Origin: Chloroflexota bacterium
GTDB taxonomy: Bacteria; Chloroflexota; Anaerolineae; UBA2200
Assembly (NCBI GenBank): GCA_014360755.1
Contig: JACIWX010000003.1
Location: 27,678 to 91,677 of the forward strand
Length of the DNA: 64,000 nt
Direction of reading: 5' to 3'
A program made the translations under genes and the position numbers. Of the stretch, positions 10,279 to 19,957 are shown in pieces (position 1 is the first letter of the stretch; every line of letters starts with the position of its first letter). The notes under the pieces are model-generated. The model saw only the letters and a program-made list of their open reading frames with translations, searched no databases and was not told the origin of the DNA.

Positions 10279-11892
10279 ATGTCGAGGAATCACTGGCCCG
10301 TTTTGGTGCTTGTTCCCCTGCTGCTCTGTCTTGTGTTGGCTCTGTGTCTGGGCTGCGCAGCAGCGGGGTGGTTTTTGTACCGTTCTGTGTCGCGTTCTGG
10401 GGTAGTGCCCATTGTGCCTTCCACCGATGGCGGCACATTGCGTCTTTTTGGTAGTGAACCGCTAACGCTTGATCCAGCATTGGTTGTGGATGCGACCTCG
10501 GCAGAATACGTGGTGGAAATTTTCGGCGGGCTGGTGACATTGGATGAGAGACTCGACGTGGTGCCAGATCTAGCGGAACGCTGGGAGGTCAGCGAGGATG
10601 GCAGGACATACACGTTCTTTCTGCGCGAAGGAGCCAGGTTCCACGACGGACACCCTGTTACAGCTGCCGATTTCAAGTATTCGCTAGAACGTGCTTGTGA
10701 CCCGCGTACGGGCTCTACTGTGGCGGGAGTTTATCTCGGCGATATCGTGGGCGCCAAGGAAAAGCTGGAAGGAAAGGCAAACGAGATACGCGGCATTCAG
10801 GTTGTGGATGAGCGTACCCTGCGGATTACGATAGATGCCCCTAAGGCGTATTTCTTGGCGAAATTGACATATTCTACTGCCTTCGTGGTAGACCAAAGAA
10901 CGGCTGATCGGCCCGGTTGGCTTACACAACCGAACGGCACTGGCCCGTTCAAATTACAAGAATATAGCGGACAGCGCATTGTGCTGCAGCGCAATGAGTA
11001 TTATCATCGGGGCAAGCCCAAACTGGCAAAGGTGGTTTTTATTCTTTCCGGCGGCTCGCCGATGAGCATGTATGAAAATGGAGAACTGGACATTGTAGGT
11101 GTAGGTCCAGCAGACATTGAGCGCGTGCGCGATCCGAGCAATCCACTGCATGCGGAGTTGTCTGTTGTTCCACAATTGGATATACAATATTTGGCTTTCG
11201 ATGTGAGGCAAGCACCTTTTCAGGATGTGAGGGTTCGCCAGGCATTTTCCTTGGCTATTGACCGGCAGAAGATCTGCGACGTGGTGTGGAAGGGGATGAG
11301 AATGCCGGCGCAAGGCATCGTGCCTCCTGGCATGCCTGGCTATACGCGCGAGACATCCCTGGTGAGTTATGACCCGGAACGGGCGAGACAACTCATTGCT
11401 GAATCTGAATACGGGGGAGTAGATCGTTTGCCGCCGATAACGCTCAGCATCAGTGGGCGTGATGGGCAGCTTCCTCCGGTCATCGAGGCGATTGTGGCTA
11501 TGTACCGTGACAACCTAGGCATTGAAATCGCTGTGGAACAGACCGAGGACGTCCTGGCGGGAGAACCGCAGTTCTTTTCTCTAGGTTGGATTGCAGATTA
11601 TCCCGACCCCGAGGATTTTTTGGACATTCTCTTTCACAGTCAGAGCGGGCTGAACCATACCCATTACGCAAACCCGCAGGTGGATCGGCTTTTGGAAGAA
11701 GCGCGTGTGGAAAGCAACACACAGCGACGGATGCAGTTATACAAACAAGCAGAGGAAATGCTCGTGGCAGAAGCGCCATGGGTGCCATTGTGGCACAGTG
11801 TGGACTATATCCTGACCAAGCCCTATGTCAAAGGCGCGGCGTATGCAGCGGCCATTTACCCATGGCTAAGCACTGTGTACATAGAGCGATGA
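10279..11892 (+). CDS. ABC transporter substrate-binding protein, family 5 (peptide/nickel/oligosaccharide)
   Basis: N-terminal transmembrane/signal anchor followed by the SBP_bac_5 architecture (..VVPDLAERWEVSEDGRTYTFFLREGARFHDG..). Confidence 0.85.
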   Translation: MSRNHWPVLVLVPLLLCLVLALCLGCAAAGWFLYRSVSRSGVVPIVPSTDGGTLRLFGSEPLTLDPALVVDATSAEYVVEIFGGLVTLDERLDVVPDLAERWEVSEDGRTYTFFLREGARFHDGHPVTAADFKYSLERACDPRTGSTVAGVYLGDIVGAKEKLEGKANEIRGIQVVDERTLRITIDAPKAYFLAKLTYSTAFVVDQRTADRPGWLTQPNGTGPFKLQEYSGQRIVLQRNEYYHRGKPKLAKVVFILSGGSPMSMYENGELDIVGVGPADIERVRDPSNPLHAELSVVPQLDIQYLAFDVRQAPFQDVRVRQAFSLAIDRQKICDVVWKGMRMPAQGIVPPGMPGYTRETSLVSYDPERARQLIAESEYGGVDRLPPITLSISGRDGQLPPVIEAIVAMYRDNLGIEIAVEQTEDVLAGEPQFFSLGWIADYPDPEDFLDILFHSQSGLNHTHYANPQVDRLLEEARVESNTQRRMQLYKQAEEMLVAEAPWVPLWHSVDYILTKPYVKGAAYAAAIYPWLSTVYIER

Positions 11893-11974
11893 GAAGAGCA
11901 ACCCCATTTATCTTTCGAGGAGGGGTTTTGTAGAACTTTTGCAATGATAGGATTCTTTGGAAGGAGGAGATTTT

Positions 11975-12958
11975 ATGGGAACATTGCTGCAGGTGAAGGG
12001 ACTGAAGACACAATTTTTCACGCAGGATGGTGTGGTCAATGCCGTGAACGGCATTGACTTCGACCTGAATGAAGGTGAGACGTTGGGCATTGTGGGCGAA
12101 AGCGGCTGTGGAAAGAGCGTTAGCGTTCTGTCCCTGATGCGCCTTATCCCTTCACCCCCTGGTCGAATTGTAGGAGGAGAAGCCTGGTTTCAAGGACGAG
12201 ATTTGTTGAAGATGAGCGAGGAGGAGATCCGCTCTGTACGTGGCAACAAGATTGCCATGATCTTCCAAGACCCTATGACTTCTCTGAATCCGGTTCTTAC
12301 CATTAACCAGCAGGTGAGTGAGGCACTGGAGCTTCACCTGGGCATGGATAAACGGCAAGCCCGCAAGCGCACGATCGAACTTCTGGAGATGGTGCGTATC
12401 CCAGACGCCGCGAACCGCGTGGATGACTATCCCCATCAATTCTCTGGCGGCATGCGCCAAAGAGTGATGATTGCCATGGGGCTGTCCTGCAACCCGCAAT
12501 TGCTGATTGCCGATGAGCCAACGACTGCTTTGGACGTTACGATTCAAGCGCAGATTATAGACCTGGTCAAGCAGTTGAAAAAGGAAATCGGCATGGCTGT
12601 GATTTGGATCACCCATGATTTGGGGGTGGTTGCTGGCTTGGCGGATCGCGTGAATGTCATGTACGCCGGCTACATTGTGGAAAGCGCGGATGTGAAGGAC
12701 ATGTATGCAGATCCACGGCACCCTTACACGCTGGGCTTGCTGGGATCTATCCCTCGCTTGGATGCCGAGCGCAAAGCGAAATTGACACCAATTGAGGGCT
12801 TGCCGCCAGACTTGATTGATATGCCGCCGGGATGCCCCTTTGCACCGCGGTGCCGTTATGCCATTGATCGCTGCCTTGAGGAGAATCCCAAATTGGAGAC
12901 TGTCGCTCGGCGGCATAGCGTTGCCTGCTGGGTAGATGTTACGGGAGGGAAGAGATAA
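11975..12958 (+). CDS. ABC transporter ATP-binding protein, DppD/OppD type
   Basis: Walker A GESGCGKS, the signature FSGGMRQRV, Walker [13 protein letters not shown], and a C-terminal oligopeptide-ABC extension with a Cys cluster. The RBS is aaggagga. Confidence 0.9.
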   Translation: MGTLLQVKGLKTQFFTQDGVVNAVNGIDFDLNEGETLGIVGESGCGKSVSVLSLMRLIPSPPGRIVGGEAWFQGRDLLKMSEEEIRSVRGNKIAMIFQDPMTSLNPVLTINQQVSEALELHLGMDKRQARKRTIELLEMVRIPDAANRVDDYPHQFSGGMRQRVMIAMGLSCNPQLLIADEPTTALDVTIQAQIIDLVKQLKKEIGMAVIWITHDLGVVAGLADRVNVMYAGYIVESADVKDMYADPRHPYTLGLLGSIPRLDAERKAKLTPIEGLPPDLIDMPPGCPFAPRCRYAIDRCLEENPKLETVARRHSVACWVDVTGGKR

Positions 12959-12959
12959 C

Positions 12960-13946
12960 ATGCCTGAGAACGAGATCCTGCTCGAAGTCAAAAATCTAAA
13001 AATGTGGTTCCCTATCACTCAGGGGATCATATTCCAGCGCCATATCGGGGACATCAAAGCGGTGGATGGGATCAGCTTTTACATCCGACGTGGCGAGACG
13101 TTAGGACTGGTAGGCGAAAGCGGCTGTGGCAAATCTACCACTGGCCGTGCCATTCTGCAACTGTACCGGCCTACGGCAGGGGATGTGTACTTTGAGGGCA
13201 AAAACTTGTGCAAACTCAAGGGCGAAGAACTGCGCCGCATGCGCCGCAAGATGCAGATGATTTTCCAAGACCCCTACGCCTCGCTGAATCCGCGTATGAC
13301 CGTCGGTGACATCATCGGCGAACCCCTTGAAGTACACAACATCATGAAGGGCAAGGAACTGCGTGAGCGGGTAATGGAATTGCTGGAGATCGTCGGACTG
13401 AACCGTTACTTCATCAACCGCTACCCTCATGAATTCTCCGGTGGGCAGCGCCAGCGCATCGGCGTAGCTAGAGCTTTGGCCGTGCAACCTGACTTTATCG
13501 TCTGCGATGAGCCTATCTCGGCATTGGATGTGTCCATTCAAGCGCAGATTATCAACCTATTGGAGGAGCTGCAGGCGAAATTCCACCTGACGTATCTGTT
13601 CATTGCCCATGACCTATCAGTAGTCAGGCACATCAGCGACCGTGTCGCTGTGATGTATCTGGGCAAAATCGTGGAACTGACCACACGGGATAAGCTCTAC
13701 TCCGATGCCCGTCACCCCTATACGCAGGCGTTGCTCTCTGCAGTGCCTATCCCGGACCCGGTGGTGGAGGAAAAGCGCAAGCGCATTATCCTGGTGGGCG
13801 ATGTGCCTAGCCCGGCGAATCCGCCCAAGGGATGCCATTTCCATACACGTTGTGCGCTCAAGATCGAAGGGACCTGCGATGTAGTTGAGCCTGAGTTCAA
13901 GGACATCGGCGGAGAACACTGGGTAGCCTGCCATCGGGTGGCATAG
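12960..13946 (+). CDS. ABC transporter ATP-binding protein, DppF/OppF type
   Basis: Walker [10 protein letters not shown], signature FSGGQRQRI, Walker [13 protein letters not shown]. Confidence 0.9.
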   Translation: MPENEILLEVKNLKMWFPITQGIIFQRHIGDIKAVDGISFYIRRGETLGLVGESGCGKSTTGRAILQLYRPTAGDVYFEGKNLCKLKGEELRRMRRKMQMIFQDPYASLNPRMTVGDIIGEPLEVHNIMKGKELRERVMELLEIVGLNRYFINRYPHEFSGGQRQRIGVARALAVQPDFIVCDEPISALDVSIQAQIINLLEELQAKFHLTYLFIAHDLSVVRHISDRVAVMYLGKIVELTTRDKLYSDARHPYTQALLSAVPIPDPVVEEKRKRIILVGDVPSPANPPKGCHFHTRCALKIEGTCDVVEPEFKDIGGEHWVACHRVA

Positions 13947-14008
13947 TGGATACATTTCCATGCGTTTCGTCGCAGCCTTTGTAACACAAGAAGAACAAGA
14001 TTCCTCCA

Positions 14009-14047
14009 AGAGAGGCCAGTTCCATGTCTGGCCTCTCTTTTATCATC
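14009..14047 (+). terminator. Rho-independent terminator after the ABC ATPase gene
   Basis: Stem agagaggccag/ctggcctctct (11 bp) with loop ttccatgt, followed by tttatcatc. Confidence 0.55.
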
Positions 14048-14062
14048 TTAGGGAGGGTTGCG

Positions 14063-16405
14063 ATGTCTGAGCAGGAAATCTACATTCGCGATCAACTCGT
14101 TCTACAGCCTGGCATTGGCTCCGTCCGATTTGTGCGTCAGGGCAGGGCATTGCTCGAGCGCGCTACGGCGGGAGTGGTATACACTAGCGCAAAAGGGCAA
14201 AAGAAACGCCTGGCTTTGGCTGGCCATGCTGTGTCCTACGGCTTGGCGCAAGACAGTGTCAGCCTGAGCGTCGCCAACGATGAGGTACAGCTCACCTGGC
14301 AGTTGCTGCTCGGCGAGGAACTGCGTTTGAACCTTGAGGTCAAAAACATCGGGGCTCAAACAGTGCGCGTTGAGGAATTCTATGTGCTGGATGTAGATGC
14401 ACAAAAGGGTGGTTCGCTGCGTTTTACCTCCTCACCTCAAAATTGGCGCTGCTACCAGAACGGCTGGCAGTCATGGACGCCTACATTCGCCCGTCACATC
14501 GCCGATGGCTTGTGGGTGGATCCCAACACGGACGATTATCGCGTCAAGCACCAGCCCCACGCCCCACTGCCGAGCAGAAAAACCATCAGCAGCGAGTGGT
14601 TTACCGTTATCGTGCCTGCCGGGGAAGAAAAGGCTACTGCATCAAGTGCCGCAAGGGGGCAGGTGGGCGCTGCTGCGGATCCTTCTATCCTCCTAGGTTT
14701 TATCACGACTGCCGATCAACTGGCTGAACTGCGCCTTGCCCTTTCGGACAGCACTCGATTCCAAAGGCTGGTTGCCATAACGTATGCGGATGGCGTGCCA
14801 CTGGCACCTGGTGAGAAGCTGCTCTCGGAAACGCTCCTCCTTGCGCTTGGTGATGACCCCCTGGGGTTATTGGACTTGTATGCGACGCACGTGGGGGAAA
14901 CGATGCACGCACGAACAGCCGCAGAAATCCCCACCGGATGGTGTACCTGGTACTATTTCTTTGGTGAGGATACTGCCGATGACGTCCTGAACAATTTGAC
15001 CTGGATTGAGAAAAGGCAGTTGCCGCTGGATGTGATCCTCATTGACGACGGTTATGAAATGGCCATCGGTGACTGGCTGGATGTCCACAGTGCCAAGTAC
15101 CCGCAGGGCATGAAACACATGGCGGAGCAAATTGCAGCGGCAGGTCACAAGCCAGGGATCTGGACGGCGCCCTTTGCCGCTAGTTCCGCCTCCAAACTCT
15201 ATGCGGAGCATCCTGATTGGGTGCTGCGCAATAAGCAGGGAGAACCGCTCGTCGCCTGGCAGCATTGGGGGGTGGATGTCTATGGGCTGGACCTGTCATT
15301 GCCTGACGTGCAGGACTGGCTGCGCGACCTGTTTCGCGTTCTGAGCGATGATTGGGGCTTTCGCTTTTTCAAGGTTGATTTCCTGTATGCAGCAGCGCTC
15401 CCTGGAGTGCGCCATGATCGCCGTATGACCCGTGCCCAAGCCGTACGGCGCGGGCTGGAGATCATCCGGGCAGCAATTGGCGATCACTTCCTGTTGGGTT
15501 GTGGAGCGCCCCTTGGGCCTTCTATTGGCATGGTGGATGCCATGCGTATTGGCCCTGATGTCCATGTGGATTGGGAGCCATTTTGGCAGGATTTGTCGGC
15601 GCCCTCGGCGGCAAATGCCATCCTCAACTCTATCGCTCGTAGTTTCATGCACGGCAAGCTCTGGGTGAATGACCCCGATTGCTTGGTTCTCAGGCCCCGT
15701 GGCGATGACTCCAACCTGGTCCTGAATGAGATGCGTACCCTGACAACCATTGTTGGGCTGAGCGGCGGCTCCGTGCTGAGCAGCGATAACCTGCCTTCCC
15801 TCCGCCGTGGCCGGCCCAGATACCTGCAGCGCATCCTGCCTCCCTATGGCCGTAGCATGATCCCCTTGGACCTCTTCCACAACGAACGCCCGCGGCTACT
15901 GGTCCTCCCGGTGGAGACTTTATGGGGTTCCTGGGTGATTGTTGCCCTGCTCAATTGGGACGACCATTCTCGCGTTACCCAACTTGACCTGGCCCAGCTT
16001 GGCCTGCCTCAGGGCGCCTATCATGTGTACAACTACTGGCGCCAGCGCTATCTGGGCGTCGTGCAAGACCACATCGTAATTGACCCGCACCAACCGCACG
16101 AAACTGTGCTGTTGTTGCTCAAACCCGTATCCGACCAACCGCAATTGCTGAGTTCAACATTTCACATACTGCAGGGGGCGGTGGAAGTGAAAGAGGTGTA
16201 CCTAGCGCCGCACAGGCTGGTGGTCGAATTGGAAAAGCAAGGGAACCAGTTTGGTCGTCTGGTTTTCGCCGTCCCTGGCGAGCGCACGGTGTCCAAAGTG
16301 CTGGTCAACGGCCGCCCCCAGCGCCCACGCCAGATTGCGGCTGGCATCTGGCAAGCTGGATTCTTCCTACAGGATCGGGCTACGGTAGAGCTCACGCTGA
16401 GTTGA
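14063..16405 (+). CDS. Alpha-galactosidase, GH36 family (start moved to ATG 14063, after RBS ggaggg)
   Basis: Clan GH-D motifs TGWCTWYYF, ILIDDGYE and FRFFKVDF (K-x-D nucleophile region). Length is about 780 aa. Confidence 0.7.
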   Translation: MSEQEIYIRDQLVLQPGIGSVRFVRQGRALLERATAGVVYTSAKGQKKRLALAGHAVSYGLAQDSVSLSVANDEVQLTWQLLLGEELRLNLEVKNIGAQTVRVEEFYVLDVDAQKGGSLRFTSSPQNWRCYQNGWQSWTPTFARHIADGLWVDPNTDDYRVKHQPHAPLPSRKTISSEWFTVIVPAGEEKATASSAARGQVGAAADPSILLGFITTADQLAELRLALSDSTRFQRLVAITYADGVPLAPGEKLLSETLLLALGDDPLGLLDLYATHVGETMHARTAAEIPTGWCTWYYFFGEDTADDVLNNLTWIEKRQLPLDVILIDDGYEMAIGDWLDVHSAKYPQGMKHMAEQIAAAGHKPGIWTAPFAASSASKLYAEHPDWVLRNKQGEPLVAWQHWGVDVYGLDLSLPDVQDWLRDLFRVLSDDWGFRFFKVDFLYAAALPGVRHDRRMTRAQAVRRGLEIIRAAIGDHFLLGCGAPLGPSIGMVDAMRIGPDVHVDWEPFWQDLSAPSAANAILNSIARSFMHGKLWVNDPDCLVLRPRGDDSNLVLNEMRTLTTIVGLSGGSVLSSDNLPSLRRGRPRYLQRILPPYGRSMIPLDLFHNERPRLLVLPVETLWGSWVIVALLNWDDHSRVTQLDLAQLGLPQGAYHVYNYWRQRYLGVVQDHIVIDPHQPHETVLLLLKPVSDQPQLLSSTFHILQGAVEVKEVYLAPHRLVVELEKQGNQFGRLVFAVPGERTVSKVLVNGRPQRPRQIAAGIWQAGFFLQDRATVELTLS

Positions 16406-17270
16406 GCTCGTGGGTCGCAGAGAGCGCTTCTATCTGCGCCCGATACACGCCCCATAACGCCGGAGGCAACTGGGCTCCGATGGCTACCATTACCTGCGTG
16501 CTTGCCTGGTGGTCCTGTTCTTCCTTGCCTAGTTCGGGCCAGGAGCCAAGGACGAAAGGTGGGCCAAAGCGAGCCGTAAGCACACCATCTACTTCAGCCA
16601 CCCCGACGGGCAGTATTTGCCACCCATAGCCAGCCATGCGCAGCAAGAACCGTCCATTGCCCGGCGGAGGTTCAATCAAGCTGCCATCGGGGCTATCGCG
16701 TCCCTCTGGGGCGAGGCCAATCAATGGTTTACGTTCCCCTGTGGCGTTGCTGAGCAGAGACAATACCTGCCGCACCGCACATACCCCCTCCTGTGCGTAC
16801 TCGGGATGGGGGGGCATGGGAGGCATGGGGATGAAGCCATAGGTTCGGGCAAGCCGGGTGAAGAAGAGGTGCGTGGTGGGCGTTACCAGGTGATGGCGCA
16901 GCGCATCGGGATACGTCCAGCGGTTGGTCATCAACCACACAATCTCCTCAGAGGAACATCGCGCTTGGGCAATGACTGCCGTGATGAGCGCGATGCCCCA
17001 CCATACTCCATAACCCGGCTTGCAATAGTGGTTGGTAACGACAATGAAGGCGTCCTGGGGAGGGATCAAGTGCGCATTTTCTACGCAGGGCGCCGGCTGG
17101 ATGCCAGCGATCAATTGCTGGGCATCAGCGCGAAAGCTGCGTTTTTTGCCCAGAAGGACGCATGTCGCGATGGACAGCACCAGCCGAGGCGGGTAGGAAT
17201 AGTGTGGACTGGCCTCGGCGGCTACGGCACGGGATGACCAACGCGGCAATGGGATCGCTCGCCAGCTCAC
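16392..17270 (-). CDS. Acyltransferase family protein (PlsC/lysophospholipid acyltransferase-like), tentative
   Basis: VVTNH...(H-x4-D-like block) and a later APEGRDS block (PEGTR-like motif III). The call is weak. Confidence 0.4.
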   Translation of the reverse strand: MSWRAIPLPRWSSRAVAAEASPHYSYPPRLVLSIATCVLLGKKRSFRADAQQLIAGIQPAPCVENAHLIPPQDAFIVVTNHYCKPGYGVWWGIALITAVIAQARCSSEEIVWLMTNRWTYPDALRHHLVTPTTHLFFTRLARTYGFIPMPPMPPHPEYAQEGVCAVRQVLSLLSNATGERKPLIGLAPEGRDSPDGSLIEPPPGNGRFLLRMAGYGWQILPVGVAEVDGVLTARFGPPFVLGSWPELGKEEQDHQASTQVMVAIGAQLPPALWGVYRAQIEALSATHELNSA

Positions 17271-17280
17271 TGTAGTCCTT

Positions 17281-18312
17281 CTACACGCTTTTGTGTGCCA
17301 ATCCTACGCCGTCAATCGCGGCACCGCAATAAGGGCATTGGGAGTTCGGGAGGATGACGTTTTCCAGAATGTTGAAGCCAAAGCGGCGAATGAGCAATTT
17401 ATGGCAGTTGTAGCAGTAGGTGTTTTCGCCCTCGCTGCCAGGCACGTTTCCCTCATAGACATAACGCAGCCCAGCTTCCACGCCAATCTCACGCGCACGG
17501 TGTAGGGTGGATAGTGGCGTAGGAATAGCATTGCGCATCTCGTAGTCAGGGCGAAAGCGGCTGACATGCCAAGGCGTGTCCACCCCTACTTCTTCTGCGA
17601 TGAATTTCGCCAACTGGCGCAGTTCTTCTTCTGAGTCGTTCTGCCCGGGAACTACCAAGGTGGTGATCTCCACCCAGATTCCCCTCTTCTTCATCGCCTT
17701 GATGGCATCGAGCACCGGCTGCAAACGGGCACCGCAGATCTTGCGGTAAAAATCATCGCGGAAAGATTTCAAATCCACGTTCGCAGCATGGAGATGGGTT
17801 CCAAAGGCATCCAGCATCTCCTCGGTCATATAGCCATTGGTGACGTAAATGCTCTTGATGCCCCACTTTTCTGCCAGTACTGCCGTATCGTAGGCGTATT
17901 CGAAAAAGATGGTGGGTTCGGTATAGGTGTAAGCGATGCTCTTGCAGCCATAATGGCGCGCCGCAGCGGCAAGGTGATCGGGGGAAGCTTCGTGCCCGTC
18001 AATCTGGCCCCCATCGCGTACCACCTGCGAAATCTGCCAGTTCTGGCAGAAGGAGCAGCGGAAATTGCAACCCACGGTGGCAAAGGAAAACGTGGACGAC
18101 CCGGGATAAAAGTGGAAAAGCGGCTTTTTCTCCACGGGGTCAATGGCTTGAGAAATGGCCAAGCCGTACACTAGCGTATAGAGCACGCCATCCCTGTTCT
18201 CGCGTACCAGGCAGATCCCTCGTTTCCCATCCGCGATTGTGCAGCGATGAGCACATAAATGGCATTTTACCTTCTTGTCCTCTAGCCGCTCATAAAGCCG
18301 CGCTTCTCGCAT
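17281..18312 (-). CDS. AmmeMemoRadiSam system radical SAM enzyme (PFL-activase-like)
   Basis: CNFRCSFCQNW radical-SAM cysteine triad. The N-terminus (KCHLCAHRC, GICLVREN) and overall pattern match that family. The true start is probably MREARLY. Confidence 0.8.
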   Translation of the reverse strand: MREARLYERLEDKKVKCHLCAHRCTIADGKRGICLVRENRDGVLYTLVYGLAISQAIDPVEKKPLFHFYPGSSTFSFATVGCNFRCSFCQNWQISQVVRDGGQIDGHEASPDHLAAAARHYGCKSIAYTYTEPTIFFEYAYDTAVLAEKWGIKSIYVTNGYMTEEMLDAFGTHLHAANVDLKSFRDDFYRKICGARLQPVLDAIKAMKKRGIWVEITTLVVPGQNDSEEELRQLAKFIAEEVGVDTPWHVSRFRPDYEMRNAIPTPLSTLHRAREIGVEAGLRYVYEGNVPGSEGENTYCYNCHKLLIRRFGFNILENVILPNSQCPYCGAAIDGVGLAHKSV

Positions 18313-18839
18313 TATGACACCTCCTTTAAGCCTAGCGGATACCTCCGCGCCAGGTCCTGGTAGATGCTCTTGAAATTGGACCACTCTGCTTTATATTCTT
18401 CACTGACCTGTTTGTCCAACAACCTGGCTGGCACGCCCACGGCAATACAGCCATCCGGAACCTCCTGGCCCTGCCGGACGACTGCTCCTTCGCCGACCAC
18501 TGCCCATTCTCCGACCTGAGCCCAGTCGCTGACCACGGATCCCATACCAATTACCGCATGGTCTTTGATGGTCGCGTTGTGTATGACACAGCCATGGCCG
18601 ATAGTCACGTTCCTGCCGATGCGCGTAATCTCACCGGGGCGGGCGTGGATGACGCAATTATCCTCGATACTCGTGCCATCCCCGATGATAATCGTACCAT
18701 AGTCGCCACGCAGACGTGCGCCAGGTCCAATCCAACAATTAGCGCCAATGGTTACCGCACCGATGACATCAGCGGAAGGATGGATATAGGTGTCCTGCCC
18801 TAGTTCTGGTTTGCGTCCCTCGAATTCGTAGATGGCCAT
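18312..18839 (-). CDS. Gamma carbonic anhydrase family protein (hexapeptide-repeat, PaaY/CaiE-like)
   Basis: Left-handed beta-helix hexapeptide repeats with His ligands (IHPSADVIG..., CVIHARPG, IGHGCVIH). Confidence 0.8.
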   Translation of the reverse strand: MAIYEFEGRKPELGQDTYIHPSADVIGAVTIGANCWIGPGARLRGDYGTIIIGDGTSIEDNCVIHARPGEITRIGRNVTIGHGCVIHNATIKDHAVIGMGSVVSDWAQVGEWAVVGEGAVVRQGQEVPDGCIAVGVPARLLDKQVSEEYKAEWSNFKSIYQDLARRYPLGLKEVS

Positions 18840-19165
18840 TGCTCAATGCTCCTCTCGATGAATCCAATCTTTCGCCCCATTTTACTGCACGGCGGTGGGG
18901 GAAGCAAAAGGAGTGCGGAAGTATTGCTCCATGGTATTACAGAGGCTATTCCAAGTAGATTTAAAGGGAGATGTTGGGGGAAAGAGGGGAAGATCGAAGT
19001 TAGTGCCGAGGTCTGCTATTCATAGTCCGCCGAGTTACATGCATCCCAGAACCTTGGCGAATCGGCCTCTTGCACCTATATTGCACGTGCTTGCTGGTAC
19101 TTGCCTATCTTCGTGGGATAGTGCTCAGCGACAGCGCAGATAGCGTACGCAAGTCGGCTCAGGTT

Positions 19166-19410
19166 TGTCTTCTTGGCCGATACTGTATCACCTCCGCCAG
19201 GTGATGCGTCTTGATCTCCGCCGCACCCTCCAGGACTGCCCTGAGCCTGTCGAAGGGTCAGCGATAGTGCGCGCCAGCTTGAGGGCTTGTCCTGAGCAAA
19301 GCGAAGGGATGCGGTGAAAGGCCCGTGCGCTCATGCCCAGTTGCGTCATGACAGCGCGCAGCAAACTCTTGCCGGAGTCATCCAAGCGGCAGTATTCGCG
19401 TACTTCGGGT
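19166..19410 (-). pseudogene. Degenerate duplicate of the comM 3' end (about 245 bp), with two small repeat-unit insertions
   Basis: It aligns base for base to 19963-20175 (...cttcttggccgatactg...caggtgatgcgtcttgatctccgc...atgcggtgaaaggc...ctcatgcccagttgcgtcatg...cttgccggagtc...caagcggcagta.tcgcgtac). The fragment translates to [25 protein letters not shown]. Confidence 0.65.
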
Positions 19411-19411
19411 A

Positions 19412-19642
19412 TTACTCTTCCAACAGCTCCATCAATTCCTCTAGTGACAGCTCTGCATCACGTAAAATCTTGCGCAGCAAGCCGCGCCCAATATCCTGAC
19501 CTATATGAACAGGTACTGTCACTACTCGACCATCTGCGTGTTTGCGTCGAGCGTGGCTTCCCCGCTGCCGAGCAACTTTGAACCCAACTTTCTCCAGGAC
19601 TCGGAGCACCTGTCCTGCCTTCAGTACCGGAAGACGGGGCAT
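19412..19642 (-). CDS. hicA: Type II toxin HicA (YcfA family)
   Basis: KAGQVLRVLEKVGFKVARQRGSHARRKHADGRVVTVPVH matches the HicA signature (GSHxxxxHxDGRxxTVPxH). Confidence 0.8.
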   Translation of the reverse strand: MPRLPVLKAGQVLRVLEKVGFKVARQRGSHARRKHADGRVVTVPVHIGQDIGRGLLRKILRDAELSLEELMELLEE

Positions 19643-19878
19643 CAAATCAGCACCTTTTGCAGGCCAATGAACTCTGGCCACCCTTCGGTTTGGGGTTGTT
19701 CTTCCAGACACAGTTCGATCACTTCGCGGATGTTCTGCAACAATTCATCTATCGTTCGTCCTTGCGCATAACATCCGCGCAACTGGGGAACCTCTCCGAT
19801 AAAGAAACCATCCTCATCCTGTTCAATTAGGACATAAAACTCTCGTTTCATCAGGCTATCCTCCACTCTGCCAACCAT
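19642..19878 (-). CDS. hicB: Type II antitoxin HicB (UPF0150 family)
   Basis: YVLIEQDEDGFFIGEVPQLRGCYAQGRTIDELLQNIREVIELCLE has the HicB/UPF0150 fold pattern. Its stop overlaps the hicA start. Confidence 0.75.
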   Translation of the reverse strand: MVGRVEDSLMKREFYVLIEQDEDGFFIGEVPQLRGCYAQGRTIDELLQNIREVIELCLEEQPQTEGWPEFIGLQKVLI

Positions 19879-19957
19879 CTCTGCTTTTTCGACTGTCCTG
19901 ATGCTTGATTATAGTATAGGAAAGACATACAAGCCAAGAGCGCTGTGAAACTATGGA

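Noticed and set aside
14024-14062. Annotated longer start (14024) of the alpha-galactosidase ORF
   Set aside because: It overlaps the terminator hairpin of the upstream operon and lacks an RBS. The ATG at 14063 is preceded by ggaggg, so the shorter start was used.
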